Source: Haplodiscus bocki
Lineage: Eukaryota
DNA: 64,000 nt
Reading direction: 5' to 3'
NCBI GenBank assembly: GCA_965655095.1
Contig: OZ296658.1
Coordinates: 60,512,001-60,576,000, forward strand
Position 1 is the first letter of the stretch; every line of letters starts with the position of its first letter. The notes under the pieces were generated by a model, which did not search any database, was not told the DNA's origin, and worked only from the letters and a program-made list of their open reading frames with translations. Of this stretch, positions 50,561 through 61,258 are shown piece after piece. Both the position numbers and the translations under genes were made by a program.

Positions 50561-53500
50561 CAACTGGGCCCCGTTCTGTTTGCAAAAAAAGACCTTCGCT
50601 TCAAGTTTTGCTGTAGTTCACCAGCGCAGGCAAAATTTCTTTCGAACTGTTTTTGGTTTTACCCTTCCGTACAATTTCTACTTTTGTGCCTGCATAATAA
50701 AGTTGCCTAGACTTTGCTCAAGCTTTCACGATGTTTTCCATGGAAAGAATACCGTGGTTTGTTTTCCAGCTTGCACCTTTGTTTTAGTTCAACATTAACA
50801 GAATTGACCGCTAAAGTTGGTTGCGCTACTTAATATCAAATATATACACCTTAGTTGAGTAAACTTTTGTGTATTTGTGAAATCAGTAAGTTTGATAGTA
50901 CATCTTTACCTTCATTATCAGCAATACTTCTCGGGATTTGCGCTAGTGTTCCCTTGGCGCAAATGTTGCCATGCTCAGCTACAACTCTGGGTCTTTGTTG
51001 TGGTTCAGTTGATTATGAGTCACTTCGTTTGTTTGCATGAGTTCAATTTGGATTCCCTTTGATGCCTTGAGCGGGAATAATGTTGCTTGGTTGTTATCAG
51101 TTGGTCAATTTTTACCTGCAAGACCGAGATTTGCTTCCAAATACGCTGCATTGATTACTGCGATACGGTGCGATACATAGGAGAGTTTTTTTAACTTCAT
51201 TTGAGCGCCGTTTTTTGATTAATTGTTCAAGTTGGCAAGAGTACGCCCCAATAGGACGCTTTGCTCTGAGACTCACACAGTTACACCTGCTTGAGAAAAA
51301 AGTCCATCACAGTCGTTTTTCTTTTTTCCACTCGCTCCCAGCTCGCCTTTGTGCTCTCATGCTGAAGTTACTACCTAGATTTCGTCTATGCATCTTTGAT
51401 TTCTTGCAAAAAGACTGTCTCGTGGCCTAATTGCTAGCTCTTATGCTGGTTTCAGTTGAACAACAGCCGAAAAACTTCCAAAAGTTGTGTATTTTTGCTC
51501 CACAAAATTATTAAACCTGAGACAACATAATTCGTGTCGAATTGAGTCTTCAGTAGTTTTGGTAGCACCTCTTCGCCATTCAAAATGAGATATAGTTGCT
51601 CAATATGTTCACTGGTGTGTCGTTGGTGCAGATATTGTCAGGTTCAGCTTCGCTTGTCGGTCTAAGTTGTGAAAAAAGCTATGTTTGACTTACTGTGTGC
51701 CCAAGTTCCGATAAGAAACCGACTCAATTCACAATCAAGCAAAATTTTGTTGCTTCTTTTCTGTTGGTTAGCTTAGACAGGCAAGGTTTATTTTTGCATC
51801 CCGGCGCAAGTTTTGATAACTGTACTCTACTAAGACGAACTGCTTCTTTTTCAAACAGTTGATGCGCCTTCATGCTGTTTGATTACTTCATTTGGCCAAG
51901 TTTTGCTCACAAAAATGAGCTTCAGTTTGATATTTGCCCAGAATTTTCCTTCTGTGGCAAATGTAAAATCGTTGTTCTTTTCCCTCTTTCACGTTCACTT
52001 ACAGTTCACATTTGTGTCTACGTAAAAATTGTTCCTAGATTTTAGTCGAGCCCCATCTATTTGTTGGAAAAAGTTGATCACGGGGCGTTTTCTCAAACTT
52101 TCGGCTTTCTTCAATTGATTGACGACAAAAATCATTCCAGATTTGTTCTGCACCTCCCAGTACAATTGTTATATTCCAAAAGTAAATTGAATTCTGTGTA
52201 ATTGTTTACTTGGTTTTTTGGTAGAATCACTTTCCCCATAACATTAGTTGAACTTGCTCGATAAAATCACAAGTAATCCACTGTCACGAATGTTGCCAAG
52301 CTCAGCGTCATCTCTGGGTCTCAGTTGTGAGGAAAAGTAAACTTGAAGTAGCTTTTTAGTGTGTCTGACTTCCAATTAGAATCCATTTGATATCTCGAAC
52401 GAGGAATTAATGGTCCGCTACTTTCCAGTTGGTGAATTTAACCTCGCAGTTTTAAATTCAGCTTGCACACACGCCAGGGTTTTTGCGGTAACCCACCTTA
52501 AAGCACACGGCTTTTCTCTGGAAAGGTTTATTCGCTTTGGTCTTGGTTGGTCCTTCTAACTGGGCCACGTTCTGTTTGCAAAAAAGAGACCTTCGCTTCA
52601 AGTTTTGCTGTAGTTCACCAGCGCAGGCAAGTTTTCTTTCGAACTGGTTTTGGTTTTACCCTTCCGTACAGTTTCTACTTTTGTGCCTGCATACTAAAGT
52701 TGCCTAGACTTTGCTCAAGCGTTCACGATGTTTTCCATGGAAAGAATACCGTGGCTTGTTTTCCAGCTTGCACGTTTGTTTTAGTTCAACATTAACAGAA
52801 TTGACCGCTAAAGTTGGTTGCGCTACTTAATATCAAATATATACACCTTAGTTGAGTAAACTTTTGTGTATTTGTGAAATCAGTAAGTTTGATAGTACAT
52901 CTTTACCTTCATTATCAGCAATACTTCTCGGGATTTGCGCTAGTGTTCCCTTGGCGCAAATGTTGCCATGCTCAGCTACAACTCTGGGTCTTTGTTGTGG
53001 TTCAGTTGATTATGAGTCACTTCGTTTGTTTGCATGAGTTCAATTTGGAGTCCTTTTGATACCCGGAATGGGAATAATGTTGCTTGGTTGTTTTTAGTTG
53101 GTCAATTTTTACCTGCAAGACTGAGATTTGCTTCCAGATACGCTGCATTGATTACTGCGATACGGTGCGATACATAGGGGAGTTTTTTTAACTTCATTTG
53201 AGCGCCGTTTTTTGATTAATTGTTCAAGTTGGCAAGAGTACGCCCCAATAGGACGCTTTGCTCGGAGACTCACACAATTACACCTGCTTGAGAAAAAAGT
53301 CCATCACAGTCGTTTTTCTTTTTTCCACTCGCTCCCAGCTCGTATTTGTGCCCTCATGCTGAAGTAACTACCTAGATTTCGTCTATGCATCTTTGATTTC
53401 TTGCAATGAAACTGTCACGTGGCCTAATTGCTAGCTCTTATGCTGGTTTCAGTTAAACAACAGCCGAATTTTTTCCAAAAGTTGTATATTTTTGCACCAC

Positions 53501-56500
53501 ACAATTATTAAACCTGAGACAACACAATTCGTGTCAAATTGAGTCTTCAGTGGTTTTGGTAGCACCTCTTCGCCATTCAAATTGAGATATATTTGCTCAA
53601 TATGTTCACTGGTATGTCGTTGGTGCAGATATTGTCAGGTTCAGCTTCGCTTGTCGGTCTAAGTTGTGAGAAAAGGTATGTTTGACTTACTGTGTGCCCA
53701 AGTTCGGATGAGAAACCGACTCGTTTTACAATCAAGCAAAGTTTGTTTGCTCCTTTTCTGTTGGTTAGCTTAGACAAGGAAGTTATTATTTTGCATCCCG
53801 GCACAAATTTTGATGGCTGTACTCCACTAAGACGAACTGCTTCTTCTTCAAACAGTTGATGCGCCTTCTTGCTGTTTGATTACTTCTATTGGCCAAGTTT
53901 TGCCCACAAAAAAAAGAGCTTCAGTTTGATATTTGCTCAGAATATACCTTCTGTGGCAAATGTAAAGTCGTTGTTCTTTTCCCTCTTTCACGTTCACTTA
54001 CAGTTCAAATTTGTGTCTACGTAAAGATTGTTCCTAGATTTTCATCGAACCCCATCAATTTGTTGGGAAAAGTTAATCACGGGGCGTTTTTTCAAACTTT
54101 CGGCTTGCTTCAATTAATTGACGACAAATTTCCTTCCAGATTTTTTCTGCACCTCCCAATACGATTGTTAGATTCCGAAAGTAAAATGAAATCTGTGTAA
54201 ATGTTTACTTGGTTTTTTGGTAGAATCACTTTCCCCATAACATTAGTTGAACTTGCTCGATGAAATCACAAGTAACCAACTGTCACGAATGATGCCAAGC
54301 TGAGCGTCATCGCTGGGTCTCAGTTGTGAGGCAAAGTAAACTTGAAGTAGTTGTTTAGTGTGTCTGATTTCCAATTAGAATCCATTTGATATCTCGAACG
54401 AGGAATTAATGGTCCGCTACTTTCCAGTTGGTGAAGTTAACATCGCAGTTTTAAATTCAGCTTGCACACACGCCAGGGTTTTTGCTGTAACCCACTTTAA
54501 AGCACACGGCTTTTCTTTGGAAAGGTTTATTCGCTTTGGTCTTGGTTGGTCCTTCCAACTGGGCCACGTTCTGTTTGCAAAAAAAAGACCTTCGCTTCAA
54601 GTTTTGCTGTAGTTCACCAGCGGAGGCAAGTTTTCTTTCGAACTGTTTTTGGTTTTACCCTTCCGTACAATTCCTACTTTTGTGCCTGCATACTAAAGTT
54701 GCCTAGACTTTGCTCAAGCGTTCACGATGTTTTCCATGGAAAGAATACCGTGGCTGGTTTTCCAGCTTGCACGTTTGTTTTAGTTCAACATTAAGAGAAT
54801 TGACCGCTAAAGTTGGTTGCGCTACTTAATATCAAATATATACACCTTAGTTGAGTAAACTTTTGTGTACTTGTGAAATCAGTAAGTTTGCTAGTACATC
54901 TTTACCTTCATTATCAGCAATACTTCTCGAGATTTGCGCTAGTGTTCCCTTAGCGCGTATGTTGCCATGCTCAGCTACTCCACTGTGTCCTTGTTCTGGT
55001 TCAGGTGAAATTGAGCTACATCGTTTGTTTGGATGAGTTCCTTTTGGTGTCATTTGATGTCTCGAGCGGGAATAATGTTGCTTGGTTGTTATTAGTTGGT
55101 CAATTTTTACCTGCAAGACTGAGATTTGCTTCCAGATACGCTGTATTGATTACTGCGATACGGTGCGATACATAGGAGAGTTTTTTTAACTTCATTTGAG
55201 CGCCGTTCTTTGAATAATTGTTCAAGTTGGCAAGAGTACGCCCCAATAGGACGCTTTCCTCTGAGACTCGCACAATTACATTTGATTGAGAAAAAGTCCA
55301 TCTTAGTCGTTTTTCTTTTTTCCACTCGCTCCCAGCTCGCATTTGTGCTCTCATGCTGTTGTTATTACCTAAATTTTCTCCATGCATCTTTGATTTCTTG
55401 CAATAAAACTGTCACGTGGCCTAATTGCTAGCTCTTATGCTGGTTTCAGTTGAACAACAGCCGAAATTTTTCCAATAGTTGTATTTTTTTGCACCACAAA
55501 ATTATTAAACCTGAGACAACAGAATTCGTGTCAAAATGATTCTTCAGTAGTTTTGGCAGCACCTCTTCGCCATTCAAAATGAGATATGTTTGCTCAATAT
55601 GTTCACTGGTGTGTCGTTGGTGCAGATATCGTCAGGTTCAGCTTCACTTGGCGGTCTAAGTTGTGAGACAAGCTATGTTTGACTTACTGTGTGCCCAAGT
55701 TCTGATGAGAGACCGACTCCTTTCACAATCAAGCAAACTTTGGTTGCTTCTTTCCTGTTGGTTAGCTTAGACAGGCAAGTTTTAGTTTTGCATCCCGGCA
55801 CAAGTTTTGATAACTGTACTCCACTAAGACGAACTGCTTCTTTTTCAAACAGTTGATGCGCCTTCATGCTGTTTGATTACTTCATTTGGCCAAGTTTTGC
55901 TCACAAAAATGAGCTTCACTTTGATATTTGCCCAGAATATTCCTTCTGTGGCAAATGTGAAGTCGTTGTTCTTTGCCCTCTTTCACGTTCGTTTACAGTT
56001 CACATTTGTGTCTACGTAAAAATTGTTCCTAGAATTTAATCGAACCCCATCTATTTGTTGGAAAAAGTTGATCACGGGGCGTTTTTTCAAACTTTCGGCT
56101 TTCTTCAATAGATTGACGACAAAAATCATTCCAGATTTGTTCTGCACCTCCCAGTACAATTGTTATATTCCAAAAGTAAATTGAATTCTGTGTAATTGTT
56201 TACTTGGTTTTTTGGTAGAATCACTTTCCCCATAACATTAGTTGAACTTGCTCGATAAAATCACAAGTAATCCACTGTCACGAATGTTGCCAAACTCAGC
56301 GTCATCTCTGGGTCTCAGTTGTGAGGCAAAGTAAACTTGAAGTAGATTTCTAGTGTGTCTGACTTCCAATTAGAATCCATTTGATATCTCGAACGAGGAA
56401 TTAATGGTCCGCTACTTTCCAGTTGGTGAAGTTAACCTCGCAGTTTTAAATTCAGCTTGCACACACGCCAGGGTTTTTGCTGTAACCCATTTCAAAGCAC

Positions 56501-57279
56501 ACGGCTTTTCTCTGAAAATAAATATTCGCTTTGGTCTTGGTTGGTCCTTCCAAAGGGCCACGTTCTGTTTGCAAAAAAATACCTTCGCTTCAATTTTTGC
56601 TGTAGTTCACCAGTGCAGGCAACTTTTCTTTCTAACTGGTTTTTGTTTTTCCCTTCCGTTCAAGTCTTATATTTTTGCCTGCATACTGAAGTTGCCTAGA
56701 CTTTGCTCAAGCGTTCACGATGTTTTCCATGGAAAGAATACCGTGGCTTGTTTTCCAGCTTGCACGTTTGTTTTAGTTCAACATTAACAGAATTGACCGC
56801 TAAAGTTGGTTGCACTACTTAAAATCAAACATATACACCATGGTTGAGTAAACATTTGTTTGTTTGTGAAATCTGTAATTTTGACAGTACATCTTTACCT
56901 TCTTTGTCGGCAAAACTTCTCGAGATTTGCGCTAGTGTTCCCTTGGCGCTAATGTTGCCATGCTCAGCTACGCCTCTGGGTCTTTGTTGTGGTTCAGTTG
57001 ATTATGAGTCACATCGTTTGTTTGCATGAGTTCCATTTGGAGTCCTTTTGATGTCTCGAGCGAGAATAATGTTGCTTGGTTGTTTTTATTTTGTCATTTT
57101 TTACCTGCAAAACAGAGATTTGCTTCCAGATACGCTGAATTGATTACTGCGATAGGGTGCGATACAGAGGAGAATTTTTTTAACTTCATTTGACCGCGGT
57201 TTTTTTAATAATTGTTCAAGTTGGTAAGAGTACGCCCCAATAGGACGCTTTGCTCTGAGACTCGCACAATTACACCTGC

Positions 57280-60200
57280 TTGAGAAAAAATCCATCACAG
57301 TCGTTTTTCTTTTTTCCACTCGCTCCCAGCTCGCATTTGTGCTCCCATGCTGAAGTTAATACCTAAACTTTGTCCATGCATCTTTGATTTCTTGCAATAA
57401 AACTGTCACTTGGCCTAATTCCTAGCTCTTATGCTGGTTTCAGTTAAACAACAGCCGAAACTTCTCCAAAAGTTGTATATTTTTGCACCACACAATTATT
57501 AAACCTGCGACAACAGAATTCGTGTCAAATTGATTCTTCAGTAGTTTCGGTAGCACCTCTTTGCCTTTCAAAAAATATATAGTTGCTCAAAATGTTCAAT
57601 GGTCTTTCGTTGGTGCAGATATTGTCAGGTTCAGCTTCGCTTGTCTGTCTAAGTTGTGAGAAAAGCTATGTTTGACTTACTGTGTGCCCAAGTTCCGATG
57701 AGAAACCGACTCATTCCACAATCAAGCAAAAATTGGTTGGTTCTTTTCTGTTGGTTAGCTTAGACAGGCAATTTATATTTTTGCATCCCGGCACAAGTTT
57801 TGAGAACTGTACTCCACAAAGACGAACTGCTTCTTTTTCAAACAGTTGATGCGCCTTCATGCTGTTTGATCACTTCTATTGGCCAAGTTTTGCTCACAAA
57901 AAAAGAGATTCATTTTGATATTTGCTCAGAATATACCTTCTGTGGCAAATGTAAAGTCGTCATTTTTTCCCTCTTTCACGTTCATTTACAATTCACATTC
58001 GTGTCTACGTAAAAATTGTTCCTAGATTTTATTCGAACCCCATCAATTTGTTGGAAACAGTTAATCAGGTAGCGTTTTTTCGGCTTTCTTCAATTGGTTG
58101 GCAACAAAAATATTTCCAAATTTTTTCTGCACCTCCCAATACAAATGTTATACTCCAAAAAAAATTAAAAATCTGGGTAAATGTTTACTTGGTTTTTTGG
58201 TAGAATCACTTTCCACATAATATTAGTGGAACTTGCTCGATATAATCACAAGTAATTGACTGGCGCAAATGTTGCCAGGCTCAGCGTCAGCTCTGGGTCT
58301 CAGTTGTGAGGCAAAGTAAACTTCAAGTGGCTTTTTATTGTGTCTGATTTCCAATTAGAATCCATTTGATAAATCGAGCGAGGAATTAATGGTCCGCTAG
58401 TTTCCAGTTGGTGAAGTTAACCTCGCAGTTTTAAATTCAGCTTCCACACACGCCATATTGGTTGCTGTAACCCACTATAAAGCACACGGACTTTCTTTGA
58501 AATAGTTTATTCGCTTTGGTCTTGGTTGGTCCTTCCAGTGGGCCAGGTGCTGTTTACAAAAAAAGATCTTCGCTTCAAGTTTTGCTGTAGTTCACCAGCG
58601 GAGGCAACTTTTCTTTCGAGCTGTTTTTGGTTTTTCCCTTCTGTTCAAGGCCTAGTTTTTTGCCTGCATACTAAAGTTGCCTAGACTTTGCTCAAGCGTT
58701 CACGATGTTTTCCATGAAAAGATTACCGTGACTTGTTCTCTAGCTTGCACGTTTGTTTTAGTTCAACATTAACAGAATTGACCGCTAAAGTTGGTTGCGC
58801 TACCTAATATTGCATATACACACCTTGGTTAAGTGAACTTTTGTTTGTTTGTGAAATCTGTAAGTTTGATAGTACATCTTTACCTTCTTTATCAGCAATA
58901 CTTCTCGAGATTTGCGCTGGTGTTCCCTTGGCGCAAATGTTGCCATGCTCAGCTACGCCTCTGGGTCTTTGTTGTGGTTCAGTTGATTATGAGTCACATC
59001 GTTTGTTTGCATGAGTTCCATTTGGAGTCCATTTGATGTCTCGAGCGGGAATAATAATGCTTGGTTGTTATTAGTTGGTCAATGTTTACCTGCAAAACTG
59101 AGATTTGCTTCCAGATACGCTGTATTGATTACTGCGATATGTTGCGATACAGAGGAGAGTTTCTTAACTTCATTTGAGCGCTGTCTTCTGGTTAATTGTT
59201 CAAGTTGGTAAGAGTACGCCCCAATAGGAGGCTTTGCTCTGAGACTCACACAATTACACCTGCTTGAGAAAAAATCCATCACAGTCGTTTTTCTTTTTTC
59301 CACTCGCTCCCAGCTCGCATTTGTGCTCCCATGCTGAAGTTAATACCTAAACTTTGTCCATGCATCTTTGATTTCTTGCAATAAAACTGTCACTTGGCCT
59401 AATTCCTAGCTCTTATGCTGGTTTCAGTTAAACAACAGCCGAAACTTCTCCAAAAGTTGTATATTTTTGCACCACACAATTATTAAACCTGCGACAACAG
59501 AATTCGTGTCAAATTGATTCTTCAGTAGTTTCGGTAGCACCTCTTTGCCTTTCAAAAAATATATAGTTGCTCAAAATGTTCAATGGTCTTTCGTTGGTGC
59601 AGATATTGTCAGGTTCAGCTTCGCTTGTCTGTCTAAGTTGTGAGAAAAGCTATGTTTGACTTACTGTGTGCCCAAGTTCCGATGAGAAACCGACTCATTC
59701 CACAATCAAGCAAAAATTGGTTGGTTCTTTTCTGTTGGTTAGCTTAGACAGGCAATTTATATTTTTGCATCCCGGCACAAGTTTTGAGAACTGTACTCCA
59801 CAAAGACGAACTGCTTCTTTTTCAAACAGTTGATGCGCCTTCATGCTGTTTGATCACTTCTATTGGCCAAGTTTTGCTCACAAAAAAAGAGATTCATTTT
59901 GATATTTGCTCAGAATATACCTTCTGTGGCAAATGTAAAGTCGTCGTTTTTTCCCTCTTTCACGTTCATTTACAATTCACATTCGTGTCTACGTAAAAAT
60001 TGTTCCTAGATTTTATTCGAACCCCATCAATTTGTTGGAAACAGTTAATCAGGTAGCGTTTTTTCGGCTTTCTTCAATTGGTTGGCAACAAAAATATTTC
60101 CAAATTTTTTCTGCACCTCCCAATACAAATGTTATACTCCAAAAAAAATTAAAAATCTGGGTAAATGTTTACTTGGTTTTTTGGTAGAATCACTTTCCAC

Positions 60201-61258
60201 ATAATATTAGTGGAACTTGCTCGATATAATCACAAGTAATTGACTGGCGCAAATGTTGCCAGGCTCAGCGTCAGCTCTGGGTCTCAGTTGTGAGGCAAAG
60301 TAAACTTCAAGTGGCTTTTTATTGTGTCTGATTTCCAATTAGAATCCATTTGATAAATCGAGCGAGGAATTAATGGTCCGCTAGTTTCCAGTTGGTGAAG
60401 TTAACCTCGCAGTTTTAAATTCAGCTTCCACACACGCCATATTGGTTGCTGTAACCCACTATAAAGCACACGGACTTTCTTTGAAATAGTTTATTCGCTT
60501 TGGTCTTGGTTGGTCCTTCCAGTGGGCCAGGTGCTGTTTACAAAAAAAGATCTTCGCTTCAAGTTTTGCTGTAGTTCACCAGCGGAGGCAACTTTTCTTT
60601 CGAGCTGTTTTTGGTTTTTCCCTTCTGTTCAAGGCCTAGTTTTTTGCCTGCATACTAAAGTTGCCTAGACTTTGCTCAAGCGTTCACGATGTTTTCCATG
60701 AAAAGATTACCGTGACTTGTTCTCTAGCTTGCACGTTTGTTTTAGTTCAACATTAACAGAATTGACCGCTAAAGTTGGTTGCGCTACCTAATATTGCATA
60801 TACACACCTTGGTTAAGTGAACTTTTGTTTGTTTGTGAAATCTGTAAGTTTGATAGTACATCTTTACCTTCTTTATCAGCAATACTTCTCGAGATTTGCG
60901 CTGGTGTTCCCTTGGCGCAAATGTTGCCATGCTCAGCTACGCCTCTGGGTCTTTGTTGTGGTTCAGTTGATTATGAGTCACATCGTTTGTTTGCATGAGT
61001 TCCATTTGGAGTCCATTTGATGTCTCGAGCGGGAATAATAATGCTTGGTTGTTATTAGTTGGTCAATGTTTACCTGCAAAACTGAGATTTGCTTCCAGAT
61101 ACGCTGTATTGATTACTGCGATATGTTGCGATACAGAGGAGAGTTTCTTAACTTCATTTGAGCGCTGTCTTCTGGTTAATTGTTCAAGTTGGTAAGAGTA
61201 CGCCCCAATAGGAGGCTTTGCTCTGAGACTCACACAATTACACCTGCTTGAGAAAAAA
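57280..61258. repeat. Near-perfect duplication with a 1984-bp period, followed by a closely related third unit
   Basis: ORFs 57800/59784 and 58833/60817 (offset 1984), then 62804 (offset 1987). Shared small deletion gcgttttttcggcttt lacking caaacttt. Confidence 0.92.
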
